Positions 9,481 through 19,658 of a stretch of 64,000 nt of DNA are shown here, piece by piece. The notes beneath the pieces were generated by a model, which searched no databases, was not told where the DNA came from, and saw only the letters and a program-made list of their open reading frames with translations. Positions within the stretch are counted from its first letter, which is position 1. Each line of letters begins with the position of its first letter. The stretch comes from a virus: IMG/VR virus record IMGVR_UViG_3300031413_000003, positions 53,816-117,815 of that record. The stretch is one strand, 5' to 3'. The position numbers and the translations under genes are program-made.

Positions 9481-10005
9481 TTATTTGTTCGTTAAAACGA
9501 AATCGATAACAGCAGAAGGAACACGTAACACAGCTTCAGCAGAATCGATCAACTCCGCTTTAACTAAATGCTGCGCGGTCATCGCCTGAGGATCTGACCA
9601 GGTGGTGTGGGTAAGACCAAACAGCTCAACCATTTTCGCCGGGAACTGCATACCAGCATAATTGGTGGTAAGCAGGTATGGGAACCATTGACCTTCATAA
9701 CGCAAGAAGCAAACTACTTCTTTACCTTCTTGTTCGTCAAAGAAGATCGGAGTAAGCAACTGCTTACCGTTCAGACACCCACTGCACTCCCAGCCTTCAG
9801 GTGTTTCCGGTAACAGAGTGTAGTCATTATCGATGGGTTCATACTTTTCGATATTGCGCTGATGAATAAAGGTTACTGCGGCTTCTTTCGCCAGAACATC
9901 ATTAATCGCGATCGCCTCAATAAAGAGTTGATAGAGCGCGCCGCGCATACCGATTAAGGAAAAGACTTCATCGTTGTTCTTTTTGGGACGAGGGGCAAGT
10001 GCCAT
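9481..10005 (-). CDS. Hypothetical protein
   Basis: Start reassigned to MALAPR after AGGAG RBS. Confidence 0.75.
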   Translation of the reverse strand: MALAPRPKKNNDEVFSLIGMRGALYQLFIEAIAINDVLAKEAAVTFIHQRNIEKYEPIDNDYTLLPETPEGWECSGCLNGKQLLTPIFFDEQEGKEVVCFLRYEGQWFPYLLTTNYAGMQFPAKMVELFGLTHTTWSDPQAMTAQHLVKAELIDSAEAVLRVPSAVIDFVLTNK

Positions 10006-10020
10006 AATAAAGCTCCTGAA

Positions 10021-10048
10021 TAAACTGAGGGGTCGCACCCTCAGTTTA
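10021..10048 (-). terminator. Hairpin, putative terminator or processing site
   Basis: TAAACTGAGGG-GTCGCA-CCCTCAGTTTA directly after stop of the 10061 gene. Confidence 0.6.
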
Positions 10049-10060
10049 GTTAACGGTTAA

Positions 10061-11335
10061 TTAGAAACGTTCGGTACGAACTTCGCCAACTTTATGCTCA
10101 GCAATTTCTGCCGGATCAGTGATCACACGCTTGGTGCTGAACGGACGCAGCAGCGAGTGGCCAGAGGTCAGCAGTTTGGTGTACATCAGTTGGACGAACT
10201 CCTGACGATACTTCGCGTGCAGAGACGGAGAGAAGTCTTTCAGCAGAGTTGGTTCATCCGCGTTGGTGTAGTCGTACGCTTTCCAGCTGTTGAGATCAAG
10301 ACCTGGCTTGCCGTCGAGTTCGATGACTTCTTTCATCAGCTCTTCGTTAGCCACATCCACTTCTGCATCCAGCGCGTGCAGGTCCATGCCGTAAACCATT
10401 TCAGACGATTTCATCACGCGGTTCCATGCGCCGGCGAACAGACGTTTGATGGTGAACGTGCGCAGTTCGTGGTCTGCATCGCTCATCTGGAAATGCTGAT
10501 CGATATAGGTGTTGAAACCATTGAACACGGTGTCCAGTCGAATCAGTGCGGTGCGTGAAGCTTCGCTGGTGAAGGTCGCTTCCCAATCTTTCGGGTCAAG
10601 CTTAGCAGGCACGATACCAAAGTCAGCATCGTTGTCGCCAGACAGTTTCCAGCCGAAGCGGCTCAGAGACGCATAGACCTTGTGGTTCTCGAAATCAATG
10701 AAGTTCGAGTAGTGCAGCAGGTGATCACGTTTGATCTCTTTGTCTGCGTGCAGCACCATCAGGTTACGCTTAACCAGGTGGAACGCGTCGTTCAGCATTT
10801 GACCGGCTTTGTGGAAGCGAGTTTCCAGCGCTTCGATATCGCCGTTGGTGAATGTTTCAGAACCTTTGAACTGCATTTCAGCCAACAGCACGCTTACCGG
10901 CCAGTCCAGACCCAGATCCTGCATGACCATCTGTTGTGCATAGAACTGGTTGTTAGGCAGCTTTTCCAGGAACAGTTGTTCGCGCGGATCTTCTTCGCCT
11001 TTAGCGAATTCATAACCCAGCTGATCTTGGACGTAAGCCATTTTCTTCAGCAGAGAGATGACCTTTTCCCACTTGGAAGCTGGGATACGGTAGGTGTGGT
11101 ATTTCTCGTTGCTCATGACATAGTTGATGTCATACGCCGGGATACGGTCAACGGTTTTCTGCATCGGTTCGACGCGACCATCTTCGGTCTGACGCTGACC
11201 GGCTTGAACTTGTTTGATCGAGGAGTCAGTCACGATCACATCTACCAGCTGACGTTCGTCACCGGTACCAATGCAACGATTGAAGAAATCGAACAAAATG
11301 GTGGTGGTGATCTTAGAGTTTGCAGCTTGTAACAT
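10061..11335 (-). CDS. Hypothetical, probably highly expressed early protein
   Basis: 424 aa, strong codon bias (CTG, CGT, AAC, TTC), AAGGA RBS, early promoter upstream. Confidence 0.85.
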   Translation of the reverse strand: MLQAANSKITTTILFDFFNRCIGTGDERQLVDVIVTDSSIKQVQAGQRQTEDGRVEPMQKTVDRIPAYDINYVMSNEKYHTYRIPASKWEKVISLLKKMAYVQDQLGYEFAKGEEDPREQLFLEKLPNNQFYAQQMVMQDLGLDWPVSVLLAEMQFKGSETFTNGDIEALETRFHKAGQMLNDAFHLVKRNLMVLHADKEIKRDHLLHYSNFIDFENHKVYASLSRFGWKLSGDNDADFGIVPAKLDPKDWEATFTSEASRTALIRLDTVFNGFNTYIDQHFQMSDADHELRTFTIKRLFAGAWNRVMKSSEMVYGMDLHALDAEVDVANEELMKEVIELDGKPGLDLNSWKAYDYTNADEPTLLKDFSPSLHAKYRQEFVQLMYTKLLTSGHSLLRPFSTKRVITDPAEIAEHKVGEVRTERF

Positions 11336-11411
11336 AAGAAATATCCTTTTGGATTATTGTAAATAACGTCAATGAACAATAAGTTAATGACATAGTGAAA
11401 AAGTATTTGAG

Positions 11412-11441
11412 TATCTACCTAAATCATATAGGTCTGAAAAA
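11412..11441 (-). promoter_or_regulatory. Early (virion RNAP) promoter
   Basis: Minus strand TTTTTCAGACCTATATGATTTAGGTAGATA. Confidence 0.65.
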
Positions 11442-11457
11442 TTAACAGGACGAGGAT

Positions 11458-13521
11458 ATGTTTGATTATTTGTTCGATCCCAAGATAGAGGAAAAGGGTG
11501 ACTATTACGTTATCCGAGGTGTCCCGTTCTATCAGTTGTCTATGGACTTCCAATCGGCTTATGGAACAAGCTACATTACCAAAGCGATGTTGGTGAAAAT
11601 CAACAACTACAGCTTCAGGGTTCACAAGTTCTTTATGGTAGAGTTTCATTACACGTTAATGAAAGTCATCCATGCCAAACGCCTGCGTACACCACTGGAT
11701 AAGTTAATCAAACTCCAGTACGTCGTCGAGAACGAAACCTGGTTTGCTGAAACTATCACACCTAAGATCTTTGATAACTTCGATAAGTTCAAGGGTGAGT
11801 TTCACAGCGCACCTGATTACAACCAAGAGAAGTTTCTTCGTGAATACGGGACCATCACCAACGCCTACTTTTTGAAGGGGTTGTTGTTGGATGCCAAGGC
11901 TGGATCCGGTAAAACATTTACTACCTTGTTCTGGTCACGCATGACCGGTAATAAACAAACGGTGATCATCTGCCCCGATGGCATTATCGACAGCATCTGG
12001 AAAGCCGAGATTGCTAAGCACTTCAAGAAGAAACCCACCGTATGGACAACCATTGACGGCACAGAGATTAATGATGAAGCCGACTACATCATCATTCACT
12101 ATTCTGCGCTGACCTCGAGCTGGGCGCCTAAGTTAGAGAAATGGTTGTTGGATCGCGCTAAAAGAACCAAGATGGCATTTAACCTGATTATCGATGAGTG
12201 TCATAACTTCAACGATGAAACGGCTAAGCGCTCTCAATTGGTTACGGCCTGGTCTGACATGGGTTTGTTTAATCAAGTGGTGCCGATGTCAGGCACACCA
12301 TTGAAGGCGATGGGTCGTGAGTGTTATACCGTCTTCACGTTAATCGATAAACTGTTTGCCGGTAATGCCCGTAAAGAGTTCCTGGCGTTGTACGGTCGGA
12401 GTCGTGAAAACCTCAACGAACTGCTGCGTCACCGTATTGGTCGTGCGAAGTTCACCATCCCCTCTATTAACGGTATGGGTCCTAAGCCACCGGTTGTCAC
12501 CATCCCGGTTGATATCCCCAATGCAGAACGCTACACCCTGAAGAATGTGCGTTCGGAAATGATGATCTATATTGAGGAAAGGGTTAAGTTCTACTATACC
12601 CATCTCGATGCGTACAACCGTTTCTTCTGGGAATGCGTCAATGACTTTGGTGAGGCGACCCGCGGCAATCCTTCTGATGAAGCGGACTATAATCGTTACG
12701 TTGCGATTGTTAAACGCTTTAAACTCAAAGGCTTCCGTAGCTTTGATGCTGTGGATATTCGCGACAATACTTTCTGTAAGAAGTATGAAGAAGAGTTGAT
12801 GCAATGGCTCCCTCGTGACAAGGTCAAGCTCTTTAAGAATATACGCTCTGCGGTGAAGTACCTGGGCTTGAAAATCCGTGGTGAGGCGTTGGGCAACGTA
12901 TTAGGGAAAATGCGTGAGGAAGCGGCTACGGCGCTTATACGCTATGCTGGATTACCCGACCTGGTTCGCAGTGCCAAGAAGAAAACGTTGATCTTCTCGA
13001 GCTATGTGAATTCCGTGGTTTATTGCGCGGAATACATGAAAGGTGAAGGCTTTACGCCTATTGCGGTTTATGGCGAAACCAACCATGATCGTGATGACAA
13101 CCTCAAGCTCATGGAGACTAATCCCCTTCTCAATCCAGGAGTGGCGTCGTATGACTCCTTGAAAGAAGGCTATCACTGCATATGGGCTAACCAGATTATC
13201 ATGCTTAATCCACCGTGGCGTGATTATATCCTGGAACAGGTCACAGCACGTGTGTGGCGTAAAGGTCAAGACACGGAATGTTGGTTCTGGTTACTGGATC
13301 TCAACACTGGGGATGATCTCAATATCTCCAGTCGTTCTATTGACATCTTGAAGTGGTCAGCAGAACAGGTAGACCAGTTGATGAGTAAAGCCGCGGGCTA
13401 TGGTGGTAACGCGGAGTTCTCTGGTGTCATGGGTGCTGAGGTTTATAAGGCTCCGTGGATCATTGAAGAAGAGGCAACTCAACCGTTGTATTTCAACAGT
13501 AATCCTTTCTCTATATTTTAA
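11458..13521 (+). CDS. SF2 (SNF2-like DExH) helicase/ATPase
   Basis: DAKAGSGKT motif I, IIDECHNF motif II, MSGTP motif III, KTLIFS motif IV, KEG motif V, QVTARVWRKGQ motif VI. Confidence 0.85.
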   Translation: MFDYLFDPKIEEKGDYYVIRGVPFYQLSMDFQSAYGTSYITKAMLVKINNYSFRVHKFFMVEFHYTLMKVIHAKRLRTPLDKLIKLQYVVENETWFAETITPKIFDNFDKFKGEFHSAPDYNQEKFLREYGTITNAYFLKGLLLDAKAGSGKTFTTLFWSRMTGNKQTVIICPDGIIDSIWKAEIAKHFKKKPTVWTTIDGTEINDEADYIIIHYSALTSSWAPKLEKWLLDRAKRTKMAFNLIIDECHNFNDETAKRSQLVTAWSDMGLFNQVVPMSGTPLKAMGRECYTVFTLIDKLFAGNARKEFLALYGRSRENLNELLRHRIGRAKFTIPSINGMGPKPPVVTIPVDIPNAERYTLKNVRSEMMIYIEERVKFYYTHLDAYNRFFWECVNDFGEATRGNPSDEADYNRYVAIVKRFKLKGFRSFDAVDIRDNTFCKKYEEELMQWLPRDKVKLFKNIRSAVKYLGLKIRGEALGNVLGKMREEAATALIRYAGLPDLVRSAKKKTLIFSSYVNSVVYCAEYMKGEGFTPIAVYGETNHDRDDNLKLMETNPLLNPGVASYDSLKEGYHCIWANQIIMLNPPWRDYILEQVTARVWRKGQDTECWFWLLDLNTGDDLNISSRSIDILKWSAEQVDQLMSKAAGYGGNAEFSGVMGAEVYKAPWIIEEEATQPLYFNSNPFSIF

Positions 13522-13536
13522 AAAACAACATAAAGA

Positions 13537-13566
13537 CTACTCTACTCCCGCAAGGGAGTAGAGTAG
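13537..13566. terminator. Bidirectional terminator, GCAA-loop family variant
   Basis: CTACTCTACTCCC-GCAA-GGGAGTAGAGTAG between convergent genes. Confidence 0.85.
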
Positions 13567-13583
13567 GAGTCAGCTAACCGTGA

Positions 13584-14237
13584 TTACATGGTTGCGTCGT
13601 AGGTGCTGTCATCCAGGTTGCCGTAATCGGTCGCTGGGATGGTCAGAACGCTGGCGCCAACAGGAGCGAAGTAAACCGCATCAGCGATGAAGTTATCTTC
13701 GAACTGATAGGTGCTGCCAACCAGGGTAACTTTCTTGTCCGCAGAGTTGAAAGTGTAAAGCAGAGCTGGATCCAGGATCGCTTCGATGTTCGCGATGGTT
13801 GCAGCCGGTTTATCAGCGTCGGCAGTGCCATCAGCAATCGGGGCGTGGATAACCAGCAGCGCAGTTTTACCGTTCAGCTCAGGAACAGCAACCTGATAAA
13901 CGCCGGCGGTATCGATGTGCTGGATTGCATCCAGGAACGACGCCTGATCGGTCACGTTGTCCAGGGTTTTGGTGGTGAAGGTGGTGACTTTCGGGTTGTT
14001 CAACTTAGCACGTTTGAAAGTCTGAGTATCTTTTTCAGATTTCCAGGCGCGGGTTGCAGAACTTACCGTGGCGCTGACGATACCGGTCGAAGAGTCAACG
14101 GCCAGATCGGCGATAGTGACATCAGCTTCGGTCAGGTTAGCAAAGCGAGCTGCGATAGCGGGATCCGCTGCATAACGGGTTTGGTTGTACACACTCAGCG
14201 CATTGATGAAAAGCGCAACGGACTTCTTAGCGGCCAT
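13584..14237 (-). CDS. Putative virion protein, paralog of 34117 and of the 37553 N-terminus
   Basis: Ala/Thr/Asp-rich; N-terminal LF...N..RY..DP...NL...DVT motif; high-expression codons; ATTTTATG late-type motif upstream. Confidence 0.65.
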   Translation of the reverse strand: MAAKKSVALFINALSVYNQTRYAADPAIAARFANLTEADVTIADLAVDSSTGIVSATVSSATRAWKSEKDTQTFKRAKLNNPKVTTFTTKTLDNVTDQASFLDAIQHIDTAGVYQVAVPELNGKTALLVIHAPIADGTADADKPAATIANIEAILDPALLYTFNSADKKVTLVGSTYQFEDNFIADAVYFAPVGASVLTIPATDYGNLDDSTYDATM

Positions 14238-14295
14238 AACAATTTATTCCTTTTCGAAAATTAATGTCGACATATGTATGATGAAGCATAAAATG

Positions 14296-14577
14296 TCAAA
14301 TAAGATAGAACAGTGATGCCCCAAAAGGTACGACCCAAAAAAGGTCTATGTCAACAACTTTTCCACCTAAAAGAATCTTGGAAAGGGAATAAGTCGCGAC
14401 GAAGCAGAACATAAAAATTATGTAAATTGCAAAGAATAAAAGGACATCGGTTAGGTGAGCAAGTTTGTTTTCGCTGAATAAGCAAATGCCGCTTATCACA
14501 ACTGAGAACAGAACAAGCAGGAGATGTCCGAGACATCCCAGTTTACACCTGGTATGGTATTTGAACAAATCAGTCAT
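14296..14577 (-). CDS. Small multi-TM membrane protein
   Basis: 93 aa, 2-3 hydrophobic segments, AGGAGG RBS. Confidence 0.7.
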   Translation of the reverse strand: MTDLFKYHTRCKLGCLGHLLLVLFSVVISGICLFSENKLAHLTDVLLFFAIYIIFMFCFVATYSLSKILLGGKVVDIDLFWVVPFGASLFYLI

Positions 14578-14709
14578 TCTTTCCTCCTAGGATCTGGAAA
14601 TGGATTGAATGCTGTGTGTTTTTTAATTCCCCATAGATTTGTCGACAAAAAATAACAAAAAAATAACAGGGGAGACAATCCGTCTCTCCCCTGTAGGCCG
14701 TTAGGCTAA

Positions 14710-15432
14710 TTAAAGCAGAATCAGTAAACCCAGCTCAGGATGCAAACGACAACTACAACGTTGTGAGAGCATGCCCATAAACATAATTGAATCATAGAAA
14801 GAAGGGATCTTTAATTCCTTTTGTTGCTGGGGACCATTACTTGGTTTTTCAGCTTGACGCTGCGATGCGGTTTCCTTTTCAGGGGAAGTCGCTTTATCAA
14901 GCGCTGCGATGATATCAGATTGAAGATCTTTACGCAGGTTACCGAGTAACTCACGCAGAAGATCTTTTGTCTCTTTCTCTTGATCTTCCGCAATCAATCC
15001 CATGTAACGTTCGAGGTATTTCTTTTTACGCTCTTTTACCGTACCGGCAACATCTTGCAGGATACGCAAAGCAACGCCATCCTCACCCTGGATAATGTCG
15101 AAGCGATACAAGACGTCGTCAATCGAAAAGTCAGGAAGACGTTCGTGGATAACATAACCCACTGGCGACTCTGCCAACATTTTCCGATAGTGCTCTGCGT
15201 CACGCCATTTATAATTGGCATCACGAGAAACCTGCGGGCCGGTCAGCGACCTGATTTTGTAAACCAGCATCTCAAGATGCCGACCAGAACTATGGGTGAT
15301 TTCAGCGAGGCGGCGATCGTCCAACGCGTCGGGGTAGAACCCTCTATTTAAAAGTTCTTCCAGATTGAAGAATAAGGTGGGTGATTTCTTTTCCTGGAAC
15401 TGGAAGTTAGTTTCGTCTTGATTGATACTCAT
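14710..15432 (-). CDS. Hypothetical protein
   Basis: 240 aa, AAGGA RBS, hairpin and T-tract downstream. Confidence 0.75.
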   Translation of the reverse strand: MSINQDETNFQFQEKKSPTLFFNLEELLNRGFYPDALDDRRLAEITHSSGRHLEMLVYKIRSLTGPQVSRDANYKWRDAEHYRKMLAESPVGYVIHERLPDFSIDDVLYRFDIIQGEDGVALRILQDVAGTVKERKKKYLERYMGLIAEDQEKETKDLLRELLGNLRKDLQSDIIAALDKATSPEKETASQRQAEKPSNGPQQQKELKIPSFYDSIMFMGMLSQRCSCRLHPELGLLILL

Positions 15433-15461
15433 GATAATATTTCCTTAGTAAAAGAGGTTGA

Positions 15462-16685
15462 TTAACCGCGATGTTTGCCGCGATTAACTTCGATAACTTT
15501 CTTTGTCTCTTTCTTGCGACGACGCGGAGACATCTTCGACGCCTCATTTTTAGAGAGAGGTCTGAGGCGACGTTTAACAACTTTTACTTTGGTGACGCGA
15601 CAATCAAGTTCATCACCCAGTTTTTTCACAACCATATCGACTTCGGCGCGGTCTTCTGAGCAAAACTTTAACGGGTCGATAGTGATCAAATGATCCACTT
15701 CGTTTTGCAGACTGTTACCAGAGTGGAACACAGACTTACTTAGGTTTGTCGCAGCCCCCTGAATATGAATGTGGTCGCGAACTAACCCCTTGTGCGGGAT
15801 CCTAAGTTCGGCATTCAACACCACGGGAAGTTTATCTGGAAAACACTGCGCTTTCTCCGGATCCCACTCGCCGGTTTCCAGCGCATTCAATAACGAGAAT
15901 AAACCTTTACGTGATTCCGGGGTTTGGAAATCCTGGTGGTGTTTGAGATTACACAGTGTGCGATACATGCTCGCCGCTTCCTGTGACATCACATGACCTG
16001 CTTCGAGTGCATAAGTCTCGTCACCCGCTTCGTCTTCCAGTTGACGTTTTTGGTTTTGATATAAACGATCGCTTGACATCCGCCCTATTGACTGATCGCA
16101 TCTGCCAGTCGGATCGAAAGCACTATGGCTTTCCATATTCGGGAAGCCATCTGGTAAAGCAAAGTTACCGGACAAGATGTGGGGGAGTTCTTTGTCTAAC
16201 TCATCTTTTTCTTCTTGAGTTAACGCTGAACCTTTCAGTGCGGCAGCCATGTCGTAGGCCGCCTGCGCCGGAGAAATTAGATCATCTTTTGGTTGACGGA
16301 GTGACTCTTCATAAGCCTCATTATCGAGATGATAGGTGAGGTTGTTAGCATCACCCAATATTGCCTGGACTTCTTCAGGGGTCAATTTGGTCCCGCAGGC
16401 ACGTCCGTCGGCTAAAACCTTATTGAGTTTGGCATAATGAATCTCGGTAGGATCGCCACGTTTGATTGCATCTTCCAGTCTTTTTGAAGCTTCAAAAGAG
16501 GAGGCGGCTAAACCTTCCTCTTGGACGTTATTACTGCAACGATCTTCTTCACCTACGACCGGAAAGAACTTGTTGTCATTGATGGCGAAAGGATGAGTTG
16601 ATTCACGCGTTGGCTTAGGGATGCTAACCACACGCTTTTCTTTCCAGAAAAGATTAAGGATAAGGCGTTTAATAGCTTTGAACAT
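15462..16685 (-). CDS. Hypothetical protein with basic C-terminus
   Basis: Start reassigned to MFKAIK after GGGAG RBS. Confidence 0.75.
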   Translation of the reverse strand: MFKAIKRLILNLFWKEKRVVSIPKPTRESTHPFAINDNKFFPVVGEEDRCSNNVQEEGLAASSFEASKRLEDAIKRGDPTEIHYAKLNKVLADGRACGTKLTPEEVQAILGDANNLTYHLDNEAYEESLRQPKDDLISPAQAAYDMAAALKGSALTQEEKDELDKELPHILSGNFALPDGFPNMESHSAFDPTGRCDQSIGRMSSDRLYQNQKRQLEDEAGDETYALEAGHVMSQEAASMYRTLCNLKHHQDFQTPESRKGLFSLLNALETGEWDPEKAQCFPDKLPVVLNAELRIPHKGLVRDHIHIQGAATNLSKSVFHSGNSLQNEVDHLITIDPLKFCSEDRAEVDMVVKKLGDELDCRVTKVKVVKRRLRPLSKNEASKMSPRRRKKETKKVIEVNRGKHRG

Positions 16686-16745
16686 GATAATTCTCCCGAA
16701 GATAAAAGAACAGGCCAAGGTTCCCCCCAGCCTGTTGGATTATTG

Positions 16746-18392
16746 TTATTTGCCGTCGAAGTGGATAGCGCCTGCGCGGTTACCCATGATGATAGAACTG
16801 GTGTTCGCCAAGATCTTCGCTGTGGTCATGCCGCCTTTGAGTGCAGTGATAGAAGCATAGGCCGTGTCATACACACCCAGGTCTTCAGGTGTCCCAACTT
16901 CCCCTGTAGCCAGGTTGGTGATAATGCGGTCACCACCCAACATCACGAGATCATCACCACCCATTTCATCCAGCGCTGCTGCTGTTGTAGCGCCTGTGAG
17001 ATGCGCCCACTGTTTAAAACACAGTGCAACGAGATCTTCCAGGATAACATCATCAGGTCTGTCGATTGGGGTCTGGTGCTCTTCCCACAGTCGTACACCT
17101 GCATCACGTAACGCCATACCACAACCCGGCAACATACCGTTGGCTAATGCAGACTTGATCGCCAACTGCACATCTTCAAAGCGGTCTTTACGCTCTTTGA
17201 TATCGCTGTACGTTTCACCACCCACATACACCGTAACCACTTGACCTTTCAGTAACTGGATACGCTTTTCAGTTGCCTGACCCAGTGGACTGAACCGTGC
17301 ACTTGAGTTCATCTCCCCCAGGGTGCGTTCGACTTCAGCAACGCGTTCATTGATGCGTGCTTGTGTCTCTTCGCCCACGGTTTCCATGATACTGAAGTTG
17401 AGGTTAGCGATCAGACGTTCCGGACACCCTTTCAGGTCAATGTTCTTGAGGTCTTCGATTGCGGATACCAGTGACGCATTCAGTATCGACGCAATGTCCC
17501 CCATGATCAAGCCGCCCAGTGTACCCGACACGTTGGTGGAGAACACCACGAACTCTGTGCCCGCGCCGTGCTCTTTCAACATCTTGTTCAGACCCAACAC
17601 GGTGCTACAGAACGCAGTACTTGCCTGAGTCACCACCAAGCCGATTTTGCTCCCCGGATAACGTTGGTCCAGATCTTTCGCCACGTCTACCAGCAAAGCA
17701 GTATTGATGACGCTCCCCCCGAAGCCCTGATTCATTACGGCAAAGGTCATGCCTTCAAACGTAGTCTGTTGACCGTTACGATTGGCTGTAAACGCCGAGT
17801 CCGCCAACTGCATACGCAGACGTAAGCCATTGCTCTTACTGACTTTGTCTTCGTAGCTGTTACCTTCCTGCAAGTCAAACACCGGCGCGTCATAGCTATT
17901 ATACACGCCCAGGACCGTATCCACGATGCTCTTATCCTGGTTAGCGGTAATGGTCGCTACTGCACGCAGTTCGTCTGAACCGATTGTCGGCAGAATAGAT
18001 GCTTGCTGCAGGTAACCAATCAAACGACCGGTGTGCTCTTCGATACGCTTACGGTTGATAAAGCCGGGATACTTACGGAACAGATCATAATACAGTTTGG
18101 TTAAGAAGATAGTGGTCGTGGTACCGTCACCGCACTCCATCTCTGTTTTACGTGCAGACTCAGCCATGATCTGGTTGATCTTGTCCTGATGCTGGTTAGA
18201 GAACTCCAAGCTCCGTGCCACGGTTGCACCATCTTTCGTGGTCTTTACCGCAGTGCCGTCCTGAATCACCACGACTTGACCATCAGGACCCATAGTGGAA
18301 CACACGACCTCGTATACATGATTAACCGTGTCTTCGACCAGTGCCGGAGTTTCATCTTTATTGGTGAATTTATCTTCAGGATTACGAAACAT
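16746..18392 (-). CDS. groEL: Phage-encoded GroEL-like chaperonin
   Basis: STMGPDG, TTKDGATVA, CGDGTTTT, VYVGGET..DIKERKDRFED, GMLPGCG and GVYD motifs; 548 aa. Confidence 0.95.
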   Translation of the reverse strand: MFRNPEDKFTNKDETPALVEDTVNHVYEVVCSTMGPDGQVVVIQDGTAVKTTKDGATVARSLEFSNQHQDKINQIMAESARKTEMECGDGTTTTIFLTKLYYDLFRKYPGFINRKRIEEHTGRLIGYLQQASILPTIGSDELRAVATITANQDKSIVDTVLGVYNSYDAPVFDLQEGNSYEDKVSKSNGLRLRMQLADSAFTANRNGQQTTFEGMTFAVMNQGFGGSVINTALLVDVAKDLDQRYPGSKIGLVVTQASTAFCSTVLGLNKMLKEHGAGTEFVVFSTNVSGTLGGLIMGDIASILNASLVSAIEDLKNIDLKGCPERLIANLNFSIMETVGEETQARINERVAEVERTLGEMNSSARFSPLGQATEKRIQLLKGQVVTVYVGGETYSDIKERKDRFEDVQLAIKSALANGMLPGCGMALRDAGVRLWEEHQTPIDRPDDVILEDLVALCFKQWAHLTGATTAAALDEMGGDDLVMLGGDRIITNLATGEVGTPEDLGVYDTAYASITALKGGMTTAKILANTSSIIMGNRAGAIHFDGK

Positions 18393-18435
18393 ATTACTAC
18401 CCCTTATTGACTTATTGATTGAAATTGGTTACTAC

Positions 18436-18466
18436 GCTACCTAGATAATATAGATTTATAATTAAA
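18436..18466 (-). promoter_or_regulatory. Early (virion RNAP) promoter upstream of chaperonin
   Basis: Minus strand TTTAATTATAAATCTATATTATCTAGGTAGC. Confidence 0.65.
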
Positions 18467-18471
18467 TAGCG

Positions 18472-18891
18472 CTAGGACTTCTCGATCGCCACATCCAGTA
18501 GTGTACAGAGGGCGTGTGTGTCGTAACCGATAAACCCATCGCACCGCCTTTTGACCATGGGATAATCTTCGTTGAAGAACAAAAAGCTATGTTTAAGTGA
18601 TCCGTCCTTATAAAAGCTGATAAAGCATTTTCCTTCGTGAACGATAACCCTGATGTCCACCCCATACACAATGGCAAGGTAACTTTGATTAAGTTCGTCC
18701 TGACACTCAAAACGATCTAACTTAGGGAACGGATGAGTGATGCGATGCTGGAGCCAACGCATGTTGTTGACGGCTTGGTTTTGTTTCATGGAACGGAAGT
18801 GATCTTCCAGGGAAATGTCGCGGAGAGCAGTATTACGTTTTCTCTTCTTTTGTTTATAAATGTTTAACCACTGCTTAAGAATCTTTTTCAT
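18472..18891 (-). CDS. Hypothetical protein
   Basis: 139 aa, AGGGGG RBS. Confidence 0.65.
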   Translation of the reverse strand: MKKILKQWLNIYKQKKRKRNTALRDISLEDHFRSMKQNQAVNNMRWLQHRITHPFPKLDRFECQDELNQSYLAIVYGVDIRVIVHEGKCFISFYKDGSLKHSFLFFNEDYPMVKRRCDGFIGYDTHALCTLLDVAIEKS

Positions 18892-18974
18892 ATAAACCCC
18901 CTACCCCAAATTCGACAATAGATAGTTTCCACAGTTAAATTAAAATTCCCCACCGGAGCAGGGAATTTCATCCA

Positions 18975-19580
18975 TTAATTAATCGTGATGCGATGTTCCT
19001 GCCATTTGAAATCTTCCAGATTACGATCTACCAATTCCACTGTCCAGTCCTTATGGAAAGCTTCAATGTTATTCATAATGCGAATCAACAAGAATTCTGC
19101 TTGGTCACTCAACTCTTTGCTTTCTTTTACTAACTGATGCAACTCATCCATAAACACAGAAAGCTGGGTATAATGATGAGGGATTCGATCGTTGTTGAGT
19201 TTTTCGATTCCACCAATGTCAGATAACGTCACGCCTTCCTTGGGAGCCAGTCTCCACAATCGATCACAGTCCGTAGACGTTTGACCGTATGTGGCTTGTG
19301 GGTACTGGTTGTTGAATGTGAAAGGCTCAAACAGTGATTGTTCGGCATGGCCGGTATAACCCGTTGCCTTGCGATCATCACACCAGTCGATAGGTACTTC
19401 GTGTTCTTTATCCACTACCACAGGTACGATGCGAAAACGCACGTCTCCAATATTCAAACTGTGCAACATCAGTTCGATAACCAGACTGGAAACACTGCTG
19501 AACTGACGGAAACCACGATCAGCATCAATCGTGTATAAACCAATAACAGGAACAACTTGTTTTTCAGTGTAACGTTTCAT
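18975..19580 (-). CDS. Hypothetical protein
   Basis: Start reassigned to MKRYT after GGAG. Confidence 0.7.
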   Translation of the reverse strand: MKRYTEKQVVPVIGLYTIDADRGFRQFSSVSSLVIELMLHSLNIGDVRFRIVPVVVDKEHEVPIDWCDDRKATGYTGHAEQSLFEPFTFNNQYPQATYGQTSTDCDRLWRLAPKEGVTLSDIGGIEKLNNDRIPHHYTQLSVFMDELHQLVKESKELSDQAEFLLIRIMNNIEAFHKDWTVELVDRNLEDFKWQEHRITIN

Positions 19581-19658
19581 ACTAATCTCCAACAAAAAAT
19601 AAAGGAAAGCCGGTAAGGGGAAATCCCCTTACTCGGCCGTGTGTTTAGAAAGACGCCG

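Noticed and set aside
10094-11332. Long + strand ORFs (154 and 216 aa) antisense to the 424-aa gene
   Set aside because: Shadow frames caused by strong codon bias of the sense gene; no RBS and unnatural composition
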